From: a virus
Reading direction: 5' to 3' (one strand)
DNA length: 64,000 nucleotides
Virus record (IMG/VR): IMGVR_UViG_3300037457_000038
Span: 58,144-122,143 of that record
The notes beneath the pieces are model-generated. The model was given only the letters and a program-made list of their open reading frames with translations. It did no database searches and was not told the origin of the DNA. Every line of letters starts with the position of its first letter. The first letter of the stretch is position 1. Both the position numbers and the translations under genes were made by a program. This document shows, one piece after another, positions 34,489-44,541 of the stretch.

Positions 34489-37400
34489 GCTGGTGGGCAC
34501 CGCGGAGATCCGCGTCGATATGGCCACCCAGGCTGCGGTGCGGTCGTTGCAGCGGATGGTGGCCCGCACCGACGGACCACTACGGCAGCTCAAGCAGCGC
34601 ATCTCCGATGTGCGTAGTGAGCTGCGGCAGCTGCGCGGAACGAGCGTCGCGGTCACGGTCGATGACCGCACCGGTCCGGGTATCGCTGCGGTCAGGGCTG
34701 CGGTACGGGATATCGAATCTCTGGGTCCGGTGCGGATCCGTGCCATGGTCGATGACCAGACGGGGCCGGGTGTCGCAGCGGTCAGGGCATCCGTGCGGGA
34801 CCTGGAACGCCTCGGGCCCGCACGGATCCGTGCCATGGTCGATGACGAGACCGGACCCGGCGCGGCAGCGGTCAGGACAGCGGTACGGGACCTGGAACGC
34901 CTCGGCCCTGTCAATATCACCGCCCGCATCGACGTGCACGCGACTGACATCGCAGCCGCCACCACCGCACTGCGCAACCTCAAGGACGCTGCCGACGACG
35001 CCTCCCGCGCACTGCGCACCCTGAGCATGCGCGCCGCCGCAGCAGCCGCAGCACTCGGGGTCCTGTCCGTGCAGGCCCGCGCTCTACGCATCCAACTCCA
35101 CGACCTGGACGGGGCTCTGCGCAACGTCGGCTCCGGGATGGGCGGCCTACGCGGAAGGCTCGGCACCCTCTCCACCTCAGCCGGGAACGCTGAGAGCAGC
35201 ACCAGCAGCCTGGTTGCGGCTCTGATCGGGCTGGCGTCGGCTGCTATCCCGGTCGCGGCCGCGGTGGTGCCGATCGCCGCATCGCTGGGCGCAGCAACCA
35301 TCGCGCTGGGCGCGTTCGGTGGGGCGGTGGCCGGGCAGATCGTCAGCCTCGCCGAGCTGAAGGAAGCAGAGGACAAGGCAGCCGATGCCGCCGCCAACCA
35401 CGGCGCGGGGTCAAAACAGGCAGCGGAGGCGCAGCGCGGGTATCAGGGGGTACTGGATAGTCTGCCGCCGGCGACGCGGAGGGCAGCGATCGCGTTCGGT
35501 CTCCTGACCGAGCAGTATCAGGACTGGTCGGACGCACTGGCCAAGGACACTATGCCGGTCGTCACCAAGAGCATGGCGGTGTTCGGGGCGCTGTTGCCGC
35601 GACTGACCCCTTTGGTGCGGGGCACGTCGACTGAGCTGGACCGGATGATGTCCGTCCTGGGTGGGATCGTGCAGTCCGATGCGGTCGGCCGGCTCTCCCA
35701 GAGCTTCGCTGAGTTCGCGTCGGGCGCGATCTCGCGGGCGACCACGAGGCTGGCCAATTTCGCGCAGACCGCGAACACCGGGCAGATCGGGGACAACTAC
35801 CGCGAGTTCATGGCCTACGTGAGGGCGAACGGTCCGCTGGTCTCCTCCACGCTGCGCGAGCTGGGGCAGGCCGCGGTACGGATCGTGGTCGGGTTCTCCG
35901 ACCTGGGCGTGTCGGTGCTGACGGTAGTCAACGCGTTGGCGAGCCTGGTCAACACCATCCCCTCCGGCGCCCTGTCCACGTTTATTCAGATGTATGCGGC
36001 GCTGAAGTTGTTGCGGCTGGGCATGGCTGGGGTGGCTGCGGTCCTCGCCTCGGGGCTCGTCGCGAATATGCGCGCGTTCACCCGGGCTGCGGTCTCCGGC
36101 GGTGTGGCGTCGGCGTTGCAGGGTGTGGCGCAGCGTATGACGATGATGCAGAAGGCCGCGCTCGGCCTGGGTGTGCTGGCTGTGGCGGCGGTGGGGATTG
36201 GCGAGCTGGCGAAACGCGCTAGGGGCGCGCCGCCGGATGTGGACCGTCTCAACACGTCGCTGAAGGAACTCGTCAACACGGGCAAGTCCACGGGCGAGTT
36301 CCGTCAAACGTTCGGGGATGTCGACGGCCTAGTCAAGAAGATCAAACAGCTCGGGGTGGAGACGAAAAAAGCGCAGGACGCTGCAGGCGCGGGCACTGGA
36401 TTTCATATCCCCGGGCTCGATGACCTGGCGGGAAAAATCAGTGGCGCGGTCAACGACATGGTCAAGGGCAAAGACTCCCTCAACGCGCTGAAAGACGATT
36501 TCAAGAGCTTGGACGCGGCGCTGGCCGGGCTCGCTACCTCGGGGCATGCGGATACCGCCGCCGATGCGTTCAACCAGATCAAGACGGCTGCCCGCCAGCA
36601 GGGCGTCTCTGTCAAGGAGCTCAACAGGCTGTTTCCTGAGTATCGGGAAGCGGTGGCTGCGCTGAAGGCGGAGCAGGCGCTGGTGGCTGCGTCGATGGGC
36701 TTGTTCGGTCAGCAGGCGCAGGACACCAGCGCCAAGCTGAAGGAGCAGAAAGCGTCGGCGGATGGTCTGCGGCAGGCGATCGTCGCGCTGAACGACGTCA
36801 ACCGCAGCGCGCTCGGCGGCATGATCGGGTTCGAGGCCAGTATCGACGCGGCGTCGAAGGCAGCAAGGGAGAACGCCGGCAGTCTGCGCATGGTCAATGG
36901 GCAGCTCGATGTGAACTCGCCGAAGGCGCAGGCTGCCGCTACAGCTCTGAATGATCTGGCGGCGAAGACCGACGACGCGGCGGGGGCTGCGCGGGACAAC
37001 GGCCGCTCATGGGCGACCGTCAACGGGATCTACGACCGGGGCCGTCAGAAACTGATCGAGTCCGCGATGCAGATGGGCCTCACCCGCAAAGAGGCGCAGG
37101 CCCTGGCGGCACAGATCCTCAAGACGCCGGACAAGACCGCCCGCCTCAAGGGCAACATGGAAGACCTCCAGCAGAAGGTCGACAAAGCCAAGCGCGAGAT
37201 CAAGTCGGTGCCGCCGTCGAAGCGGTCCCGGTTCTGGGGCAGGATCGCCGACCTGGAGAAGAAAGTCCGGGACGCGAAAGCGCGCATCAAGTCGGTGCCG
37301 CCGTCGAAGCGGTCGGAACTGCGCGCCACGATCTCGCAGCTGGAGGCGCAGGTCCGCAAGGCGAAGGCATCCATCGGCTCGGTGCGGGGCAAGACTGTTT

Positions 37401-38620
37401 TCATCACCGCGATCCGGCGCGGCTTCGACATGTCTTCCGGCCCGCTGCGGGTAGGCCGCCCGCGCGCTCAGGGCGGCCCGATCGGCTACGCGGGCGGCGG
37501 GGGTATCCGCGGCTACCCGCACGGCGGCCCGGTCCGCGGCCCTGGTACCGAAACGTCAGACTCGATCCCGATCATGGCTAGCCGTGGCGAGTTCATGATC
37601 CGGGCCGCCGCAGTACGCCGCTACGGCAGCGGCCTGTTCGAGGCGCTCAACTCCATGCGCGTCCCGGCCCACATGGGCCCGGGAGGCGCCACGTCTAGTG
37701 GCACAACTGCGGGTCGCCAGATGGTGCAGGGCCTCATCGACGGCATGCAATCGCAGCTTGGTGCGCTGCGGTCTGCGGTCCGTGACGTCGGCCAGGAGAT
37801 GGCCGACGGGCTGGTGGCATCGCGGCCTAAGGTCGCGGCTGCGGCGAAGAGCGTAGCGTCCAGCGCGGCTGCGAGTGCATCCGCTGGCGCCGCGAGGTCG
37901 GGGGCCGGTGGCACAGCCAGGAGCACCGGTGGCGGCGGGGCGAAGGCCCGTACGGCGCAGCCCAAGGGCGGGATGGAAGCCGCAGTCGCAGAGCTGCGGA
38001 GCCTCGTCCTCTCCGGGCGGTGGCTGAAGAAGAAGTCGATGCTCTTCGAGGACATGCACTTCTTGGGTATGTCCAGGAACTATGAGAAGCACGGGCAGAC
38101 GGTCGCGGACCGTTTCTGGTCGGCTGTACAGCAGGTCAAGAAGGCCACTGCGGCGGGGAAGCCGGTGTCCTCGGGCATGACCTTCCGGGGGATGTCGGGG
38201 AACGTCAAGAAGTTCGCTGACATCATCGCGGCGATCTGGCCGCGAGGCCCGCGGGGCGTGAACTTCGGCGACTTCGGGCGCTTCGCCCGTGGTGGCCTCA
38301 TCCGCGGGGGCGGCACCGGCAGTTCCGACTCGGTGCCGATCCTGGCTTCCCGTGGCGAGTACATGGTGCGCCAGGCGGCGGTGCGCCAGTACGGGCCGGA
38401 GTTCTTCGACCAGCTCAATTCGATGCGCGTGCGGCCCGGGGCCGTGGGGTCTACGGTGCCCCGCGCCCGGTCCGCAGTGTCTCCGACCGTGACGTACAAC
38501 GTGACCGTCGAGAACCACGGGGTGCTCGGCTCCCAGATGGAGGTACAGAACTGGCTGGCTAAATCCCTCGACACGATGGCACGCACAGGGCGTCTGCCCG
38601 CCGCCGTGGGGGGCCGCTGA
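34481..38620 (+). CDS. Tape measure protein
   Basis: 1379 aa, Ala-rich helical; GPGTETSDSIP...GEF motif present twice. Confidence 0.92.
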   Translation: MAELVGTAEIRVDMATQAAVRSLQRMVARTDGPLRQLKQRISDVRSELRQLRGTSVAVTVDDRTGPGIAAVRAAVRDIESLGPVRIRAMVDDQTGPGVAAVRASVRDLERLGPARIRAMVDDETGPGAAAVRTAVRDLERLGPVNITARIDVHATDIAAATTALRNLKDAADDASRALRTLSMRAAAAAAALGVLSVQARALRIQLHDLDGALRNVGSGMGGLRGRLGTLSTSAGNAESSTSSLVAALIGLASAAIPVAAAVVPIAASLGAATIALGAFGGAVAGQIVSLAELKEAEDKAADAAANHGAGSKQAAEAQRGYQGVLDSLPPATRRAAIAFGLLTEQYQDWSDALAKDTMPVVTKSMAVFGALLPRLTPLVRGTSTELDRMMSVLGGIVQSDAVGRLSQSFAEFASGAISRATTRLANFAQTANTGQIGDNYREFMAYVRANGPLVSSTLRELGQAAVRIVVGFSDLGVSVLTVVNALASLVNTIPSGALSTFIQMYAALKLLRLGMAGVAAVLASGLVANMRAFTRAAVSGGVASALQGVAQRMTMMQKAALGLGVLAVAAVGIGELAKRARGAPPDVDRLNTSLKELVNTGKSTGEFRQTFGDVDGLVKKIKQLGVETKKAQDAAGAGTGFHIPGLDDLAGKISGAVNDMVKGKDSLNALKDDFKSLDAALAGLATSGHADTAADAFNQIKTAARQQGVSVKELNRLFPEYREAVAALKAEQALVAASMGLFGQQAQDTSAKLKEQKASADGLRQAIVALNDVNRSALGGMIGFEASIDAASKAARENAGSLRMVNGQLDVNSPKAQAAATALNDLAAKTDDAAGAARDNGRSWATVNGIYDRGRQKLIESAMQMGLTRKEAQALAAQILKTPDKTARLKGNMEDLQQKVDKAKREIKSVPPSKRSRFWGRIADLEKKVRDAKARIKSVPPSKRSELRATISQLEAQVRKAKASIGSVRGKTVFITAIRRGFDMSSGPLRVGRPRAQGGPIGYAGGGGIRGYPHGGPVRGPGTETSDSIPIMASRGEFMIRAAAVRRYGSGLFEALNSMRVPAHMGPGGATSSGTTAGRQMVQGLIDGMQSQLGALRSAVRDVGQEMADGLVASRPKVAAAAKSVASSAAASASAGAARSGAGGTARSTGGGGAKARTAQPKGGMEAAVAELRSLVLSGRWLKKKSMLFEDMHFLGMSRNYEKHGQTVADRFWSAVQQVKKATAAGKPVSSGMTFRGMSGNVKKFADIIAAIWPRGPRGVNFGDFGRFARGGLIRGGGTGSSDSVPILASRGEYMVRQAAVRQYGPEFFDQLNSMRVRPGAVGSTVPRARSAVSPTVTYNVTVENHGVLGSQMEVQNWLAKSLDTMARTGRLPAAVGGR
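34655..34920 (+). repeat. Three ~90-bp tandem repeats within the tape measure gene
   Basis: VDDxTGPGxAAVRxxVRDxExLGP repeated three times. Confidence 0.8.
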
Positions 38621-41394
38621 TGCCGCTGACGCAGGAACTCCGCGACTCTTTCAACGACAACACAGTCGATCCGGTCAAGTGGCCCAATAACTACAACACC
38701 GGGTCGGGCGGCCTGCCGACCGAGACCGGTGGCCGGGCCCGGGTCGACTGCGACACCGGGTTCTCCGGCTACGCATCCGCGCCCATCTACACCCTTGAGG
38801 GCAGTGAGGCCCGATGCCGTGTGTTTCCTCCTGCCGCGGGCGGGGGCACGGAGGTGTGGGCGCAGCTGCTGGTGACCTCGTCCACGGCGGGTACGGACGC
38901 GGTGATGGAGGTCGACGTCGCCTCCGGGAACCTGACGATGGCGAACCGGGCGGGTTTTTCCGATCCGGGTGCGGAGGTCATCACCTATGCTCCGGTGGAT
39001 CATGCGTGGGTGCGGATCCGGGAGGACTCCGGGACGCTGTTCTTCGACACCTCGGCGGATGGCATCACCTGGACCAACCGCCACAGCGATACGTCTCCGG
39101 CGTGGGTGTCGGATACCGATATTGAGATGCAGATGCTCGCCCACCGGGACGCGGGCACCGCCGACTTCGCCGAGTTCGATGATTTCAACATCACCCCCTC
39201 CACCGCGGTGTTCGCGGACCTGACCGACACCTTCGACGACAACACCGTCAACACCACGAAATGGCCGGACAACTACAACACCGGCCCAGGCGGGTTGCCG
39301 ACGGAGACGGGAGGCCGTGCCCGTGTCCCGTGCGACACCGGGTTCGCGGCGTACGCCTCCGCGCCGATCTACCGGCTTGAGGGCTCGCACGCGTTCGTGC
39401 AGTCCTTCCCGCCGTCCGGTACGGGCATGGTGGAGGCGTACTCCCAGCTCCTCATCCTCTCCAATGTGGCCGGCACGCAGATCGTGTTCGAGGTCGACGC
39501 GGCCACCAACATCCTGCTCATGACCGTGCACGTCGGTTTCGCCGACGAGGGCGGGCAGACCATCCCGTACGACCCCGTCGAGCACGCGTGGCTCGGCATC
39601 CGGGAAGAGGCGGGCGTCCTGTTCTGGGAGACCGCCCCGGACGGACGCGAGTGGACGGTGCGGCATACGGATACGGCGCCGGCGTGGGTCGCCGACAACG
39701 ACCTTCAGGCGCAGCTGCTGGCGCACTGCTCCCCCGCAGTCACAGGCGGCGGACCGACCGACGCCTTCGCCGAATTCGACGACTTCAACATCATCCCGGT
39801 ATTGCCCGACGGGTACACGGTGGCCATCGACTGGAACGGCGACGGCGACTTCGACGACCCGGACGATGACGTCACCCTCGCCGTACTGCAAGGCGGGCCC
39901 GTCCACTTCCAGTACGGCCGTGACCAGGCCAGAGCTCTGTCTCCACCCAGAGTGGGTTCACTCGGCTTCACCCTGTGCAATCCTGACGGACTCTACTCGC
40001 CGGAGAATCCGGACAGCCCGATCAGCCAGGACATCGAGCCTGCCGCACCCATCAAGGTCGAGGAGGTCATCGACGACACCCTCTACCCACTGATCATGGG
40101 GCGTATCGACGACTTCAGCGTGGAGACCAGCCGAGGCAACCGGTCGGCTGCCATCACCGGCCTGGACAATCTCGCGCTGCTGCGCGGGAAGAAGATCTCC
40201 ACCAGCCTGTACCAGGCGCAGCGCACCGGCACGTTGATCGGCGTCATCCTCGACGAGGTCGGCTGGACCGCGCCACGCGACCTCGATCTTGGGGCTACGC
40301 ATGTGCCGTGGTGGTGGGCCAGCGAGCAGGACGCCTTCGACGCGCTCGTCGAGCTCCTGGCATCCGAAGGACCACCCAGCGTCGCCTACGTCGCGCCGGA
40401 CGGGACATTCATCTACCGGGACCGTCACCACCGGATTCTCGACAGTGCATCGCTGACCTCCCAGGCGACATTCGCCACAGCTGGTGTGGCCTGCGACAGC
40501 CCGGCTGTCACCGGCTTCTCCTACATCGACCCGTTCGAGTACAGCCACGGCTGGAAAGACATCGTCAACGACATCACTTTCCAGGTCGATGAGCGGCGCC
40601 CTGATCCTCTCCTGTCGCCGGTGTGGGAGTCCAAAGACACCATCGCGCTGTCTATCGGCGAGTCCGTCACCATCGACGTGAAGGCCAGCGATCCTTTCCG
40701 GGACGCCCAGGACATCACCGAAGCCGACGGGGACATCGTCTTCGCCGGGGCCGGCGTACCGAGTGTGATGCTGTCCCAGAGGTCGGGGCAGTCGGTCCGG
40801 GTCACCATCCTCGCCGTGGGCGGGTCGGTCACGATCACTTTCCTGAGGCTGCGGGCCCGTGCTATCCCGGTGGCCAGGGAAGTGAAGGTCACCGCCACAG
40901 ATTCCACATCCATCGCCCGGCATGGCGCCCGGACGTATCCCGATGACGCGCCGTGGACGAACAGGCATGATGCGGCTGCTGTGACGCAGATCCTGCTGGC
41001 TGCGTATGCGGAGCGGCGGCCGGTGGTGGGGCTGCGGCTCGTGTCCAGCGATCTGGCGCACCATCTCCAGGTCGCGACCCGTCAGATCTCGGACCGGATC
41101 ACCATCCGCAATGGGCAGCTGGGGCTGGATGCTGACTTCTTCATCGAGAACGTCGAGCACACGCTCGCCCGCATGGTTGGTGAGGACGTCTGCCCCGGGC
41201 CGGTGCATTACGCGACGTTCGGGTGTGAGCGCTCGGGTGTGGTGGTGCCGGATAATCCGTTCACGTTCGACAAGGTGGGTGCCGGGTTTGACGACGGGGT
41301 GTTTGACCCTGCGAGCTTCGACGATCCCGACGCGGTGTTCATCTTCGACCACGCCACGCAGGGCCAGTTCGGGACGGGCCAGTTCGGCACCTGA
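38620..41394 (+). CDS. Minor tail/baseplate protein with a duplicated N-terminal beta domain
   Basis: Two ~190-aa repeats (KWPxNYNTGxGGLPTETGGRARV) followed by a tail-hub-like region. Confidence 0.8.
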   Translation: MPLTQELRDSFNDNTVDPVKWPNNYNTGSGGLPTETGGRARVDCDTGFSGYASAPIYTLEGSEARCRVFPPAAGGGTEVWAQLLVTSSTAGTDAVMEVDVASGNLTMANRAGFSDPGAEVITYAPVDHAWVRIREDSGTLFFDTSADGITWTNRHSDTSPAWVSDTDIEMQMLAHRDAGTADFAEFDDFNITPSTAVFADLTDTFDDNTVNTTKWPDNYNTGPGGLPTETGGRARVPCDTGFAAYASAPIYRLEGSHAFVQSFPPSGTGMVEAYSQLLILSNVAGTQIVFEVDAATNILLMTVHVGFADEGGQTIPYDPVEHAWLGIREEAGVLFWETAPDGREWTVRHTDTAPAWVADNDLQAQLLAHCSPAVTGGGPTDAFAEFDDFNIIPVLPDGYTVAIDWNGDGDFDDPDDDVTLAVLQGGPVHFQYGRDQARALSPPRVGSLGFTLCNPDGLYSPENPDSPISQDIEPAAPIKVEEVIDDTLYPLIMGRIDDFSVETSRGNRSAAITGLDNLALLRGKKISTSLYQAQRTGTLIGVILDEVGWTAPRDLDLGATHVPWWWASEQDAFDALVELLASEGPPSVAYVAPDGTFIYRDRHHRILDSASLTSQATFATAGVACDSPAVTGFSYIDPFEYSHGWKDIVNDITFQVDERRPDPLLSPVWESKDTIALSIGESVTIDVKASDPFRDAQDITEADGDIVFAGAGVPSVMLSQRSGQSVRVTILAVGGSVTITFLRLRARAIPVAREVKVTATDSTSIARHGARTYPDDAPWTNRHDAAAVTQILLAAYAERRPVVGLRLVSSDLAHHLQVATRQISDRITIRNGQLGLDADFFIENVEHTLARMVGEDVCPGPVHYATFGCERSGVVVPDNPFTFDKVGAGFDDGVFDPASFDDPDAVFIFDHATQGQFGTGQFGT

Positions 41395-41399
41395 ACCGG

Positions 41400-41432
41400 C
41401 CGGAATGATCTTCGCTGGGTGGGCTCTACCGT
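41400..41432 (+). promoter_or_regulatory. Late promoter CCGGAATGATCTT-N14-TACCGT (leaderless)
   Basis: Exact motif; ATG 7 nt after the -10. Confidence 0.75.
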
Positions 41433-41439
41433 CGCGCGT

Positions 41440-41832
41440 ATGGTCCAGCTGATCGCGCACCGAGCACGAGCGTACGTCTACTCCGGGGACTGGGTAGCCG
41501 ACTGTCCGCGCGGATGCGGCAACGTCGAGCACTGCTACGGCCGGCTGAATCCGCGCGACGCGAACAGCCCACGCATGCGGCAGCTGCCGGGCTTCTACTG
41601 CTCGTACTGCAAGCTCGGCGACACGGACACCGTGCCGATCGACTGGCCGCCGGACATGGCCGACATCATGGCCGTCCTCGCGCTGCGGCCGATCCCGCAC
41701 ACCCGCAACTGGTATCCGGAAGGCCACGACACGGCGCTGAAGTTCCATGTCCCGCACGGGCAGACGGTGGACGACCTCCGCGCGGAGAACGCCGAACACG
41801 GGGTGCCCGCGACACCTGAGGGAGGGCAGTAG
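41440..41832 (+). CDS. Zn-binding tail-region protein
   Basis: CPRGCGN, CSYC, RNW..G.TVDDL..EN. Confidence 0.7.
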   Translation: MVQLIAHRARAYVYSGDWVADCPRGCGNVEHCYGRLNPRDANSPRMRQLPGFYCSYCKLGDTDTVPIDWPPDMADIMAVLALRPIPHTRNWYPEGHDTALKFHVPHGQTVDDLRAENAEHGVPATPEGGQ

Positions 41833-41834
41833 CC

Positions 41835-42377
41835 ATCGCCTGGTCAGCGCCCATGACAGCGGTCGCAAACACCACATTCACGGCCGCGCAATTCAACCAG
41901 CACGTCCGGGACAACCTGAACGAGACTGCGCCCGCGAAAGCCACCACGGCCGGATCGCATTTCGTCGCCTCGGGCGTCAACGCGATCAGCGAGCGGTTCA
42001 CGGACGGCCAGATCGTCCTCACCTCGGAGACGACAATGTCGTCCGCGTTCACGGATCTCGCGACGGTGGGGCCACTCGTGACGGTCGACACCGGACCGAG
42101 CGCGCTGGTCCTCACTCACTCCCAGGTATCGAACTCGGGTGCCGGGGCGTCCAACGCGGGCGTCGAAGTCAGTGGCGCTTCGTCTATCGCCGCCGCACTG
42201 AACCGGTCCATCAACGTCGTCAACTCTGCGGACACAGTGGTCGGCGCGGGCACCGCGGTCTGGTACGCGGGCGGCCTGACCCTCACCCCCGGCTCGAACA
42301 CCTTCACGATGAAATACCGGGCCAGCTCGGGCACGGGCACGTTCGCTGACCGTCGCATCATCGTCGTCCCGTTCTGA
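41835..42377 (+). CDS. Minor tail/fibre protein paralogue 1 (probable ATC start; first ATG at 41853)
   Basis: AWSAPMTAVA...FNQHVRDNL; Thr/Ser-rich beta C-terminus. Confidence 0.75.
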   Translation: MAWSAPMTAVANTTFTAAQFNQHVRDNLNETAPAKATTAGSHFVASGVNAISERFTDGQIVLTSETTMSSAFTDLATVGPLVTVDTGPSALVLTHSQVSNSGAGASNAGVEVSGASSIAAALNRSINVVNSADTVVGAGTAVWYAGGLTLTPGSNTFTMKYRASSGTGTFADRRIIVVPF

Positions 42378-42392
42378 AAGGAGGTGGTCCAA

Positions 42393-42932
42393 ATCGCCTG
42401 GTCAGCGCCCATGACAGCGGTCGCGGGAAGCGTCTACACCGCCGCACAATTCAACACTTTCGTGCGCGACAACCTGAACGAGACCGCACCCGCGAAAGCG
42501 ACGACGCTGGGCGGCTACTTCGTGACGACGTCGCTGAACGAGATCGCCGAGCGGATCGGTCAGAGGCAGACGATCGTCACCTCGGAGACAACGTCCTCGA
42601 CGTCGTTCACGGACTTGGCCACGGTCGGCCCGGAGGTGACGGTGACGACGGGCGAGTTGGCTCTGGTCCTGTGGGGTGCGCAGATGGTTAATGACACGAC
42701 GGATACGACAGTCCGCGCGTCTGTCGACGTGACAGGCGCGAGCACGATCGCAGCAAGTGACGTGCGCGCGTTGTCATACCAGACCTCGTCCGCAGGTTCA
42801 CTATTCCAGGGGTCGCACACCGTGTTCTACGACGACCTCACCCCGGGGTCCAACACGTTCACCATGAAATACCGGGTGGGCGCGGGCACAGGCACTTTCC
42901 TGCGGCGCCGTCTGATCGTGCTGCCCTACTGA
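42393..42932 (+). CDS. Minor tail/fibre protein paralogue 2 (probable ATC start)
   Basis: Clear paralogue of the preceding gene. Confidence 0.75.
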   Translation: MAWSAPMTAVAGSVYTAAQFNTFVRDNLNETAPAKATTLGGYFVTTSLNEIAERIGQRQTIVTSETTSSTSFTDLATVGPEVTVTTGELALVLWGAQMVNDTTDTTVRASVDVTGASTIAASDVRALSYQTSSAGSLFQGSHTVFYDDLTPGSNTFTMKYRVGAGTGTFLRRRLIVLPY

Positions 42933-42945
42933 AAGGAGACGTGTG

Positions 42946-43929
42946 ATGGCCATACCGCTGACTGCTTCGCGTCTGCTGGCTGCGCTGCGCGCGGAGGGCT
43001 GCCGTGTGGTGGAGGTCGCCGGGTGGCGCACTCACAACCGCAACACCATCGGTGCCTGGGGTCCGGTGCACGGGACGATGATCCACCACACCGTCACGTC
43101 CGGCGCGGCGACCACGGTGCGGATCCTTCGGGACGGCTACTCCGGTCTGCCGGGTCCGCTGTCTCTGGGTGGAATCACGAAGGACGGCACGGTCCATCTG
43201 ATCGGCTACGGGCGGGCGAATCATGCTGGTGGCGGAGACCCGGCCGTACTTCAGCGGGTGATCGCGGAGGACTACGGCGACCGGCCCCCGAAACCGACGG
43301 TCGGCAACCGCCACGGGGTCGACGGCAACGCACGCTTCTACGGCTTCGAGTGCGAGAACCTCGGCGACGGCGACGATCCGTGGCCGGCCGTCCAGTTGGA
43401 TGCGATCGAGCGGGCCAACGCCGCGCTGCTGCGTGCGCACGGCTGGTCCGCGACGTCAGCGATCGGGCACCTCGAATGGAGCTCGGACAAGATCGACCCG
43501 CGCGGCTTCTCCATGGTCGAGATGCGTGCCCGGATCGCCGACCGGCTTACACACCCTGCGGGGTGGACACGAGGCACGGCCAGCACGCCACCGAAGGAGA
43601 CGACCATGGCCATCAGCGAAGCCGACGCCAAGAAGATCGCACGATCGGTGCTGACGCTCGACTGGGAGATCGACGCCCCGTGGGGCAGCCCGACAAACCA
43701 GCACTGGATGCTCAAGTCCTGCGTCACACACCTGATGAAAGCGGTGCTGCGCACGGAGAAGGCTGTGCAGGAGCTGGCCGCACAGGGTGCTGCCCGTGAC
43801 GCGGTCCTCGCCCGGCTGGCCGAGGGCGAAGGCATGTCGGCGGCTGAGATCGAGCGGGCCGCGCAGGCGGCCGCCACCGCCGCATTGGACCGGCTGGCGA
43901 TCGCGCTGGCCGCAGAAGAAGAAGGCTGA
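42946..43929 (+). CDS. Endolysin, N-acetylmuramoyl-L-alanine amidase
   Basis: IHHT, LPGPL, RANHAG, GFECEN, IGHLEW..KIDP. Confidence 0.9.
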   Translation: MAIPLTASRLLAALRAEGCRVVEVAGWRTHNRNTIGAWGPVHGTMIHHTVTSGAATTVRILRDGYSGLPGPLSLGGITKDGTVHLIGYGRANHAGGGDPAVLQRVIAEDYGDRPPKPTVGNRHGVDGNARFYGFECENLGDGDDPWPAVQLDAIERANAALLRAHGWSATSAIGHLEWSSDKIDPRGFSMVEMRARIADRLTHPAGWTRGTASTPPKETTMAISEADAKKIARSVLTLDWEIDAPWGSPTNQHWMLKSCVTHLMKAVLRTEKAVQELAAQGAARDAVLARLAEGEGMSAAEIERAAQAAATAALDRLAIALAAEEEG

Positions 43930-43934
43930 ACACC

Positions 43935-44204
43935 ATGACTGTTTACGACTGGCTGGCGTCGCTGTGGCGCACCGTAGTGCCCTACATCGTCGGGTTCGCG
44001 GCCGTGCAGCTCGCCCGGCTGGGCATCGACCTCGACAACGCATCGGTCACGGCCGCGCTGGTGACTGGCTTCGGCGCCGTGTACTACGCCCTGTTCCGCC
44101 GCCTGGAGCAGGTGGCTGGCAGTGGCTGGGGTTGGCTGCTGGGTCTGGCCCGGCCGCCGGAGTATCCGCGCGGTGACGGAAGCGAGGGGGCTGCGGGGCG
44201 GTGA
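43935..44204 (+). CDS. Holin
   Basis: 2 TM; RTVVP..VG, YYALFR.LE...WLLG; follows the endolysin. Confidence 0.75.
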   Translation: MTVYDWLASLWRTVVPYIVGFAAVQLARLGIDLDNASVTAALVTGFGAVYYALFRRLEQVAGSGWGWLLGLARPPEYPRGDGSEGAAGR

Positions 44205-44250
44205 GGGACTGACCCGTAGTCCATCCGAACACAGCAAGAGGAGACAGCAG

Positions 44251-44541
44251 ATGTCGTTGGATGCACGTATCCGGCAACTCGCCCGGGAAGAGGCGGCCAC
44301 CGTCGCAGGTGGCGGTGATGGCGGCGCGATGGCCGCTCGTTGCGCCGAGCTGGAACAGCAGCTCGCCGACCAGCAGGCGCAGTTGAAGGATCTGCACGAC
44401 CACCAGCATCGGGTGCTTACCCGCATGGAGCAGCTCGCCGCGCGGGTGAAGACCCTCGAAGCCGCCGCCGCTGCGCTGCCTGGCGAGTCGGAGCCCGCGC
44501 CTCAGCGGCGTACCAGCAGTCGGAGGCGGTCCGAGTCGTGA
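44251..44541 (+). CDS. Coiled-coil hypothetical protein
   Basis: GAGGAG RBS. Confidence 0.65.
   Translation: MSLDARIRQLAREEAATVAGGGDGGAMAARCAELEQQLADQQAQLKDLHDHQHRVLTRMEQLAARVKTLEAAAAALPGESEPAPQRRTSSRRRSES

Noticed and set aside
37190-37320. Repeat IKSVPPSKRS in the tape measure gene
   Set aside because: Ordinary tape-measure internal repeat
41835-42932. Tail paralogue pair as an invertible or diversity-generating system
   Set aside because: Same orientation, both intact, no adjacent invertase or reverse transcriptase, no adenine-specific variation evident
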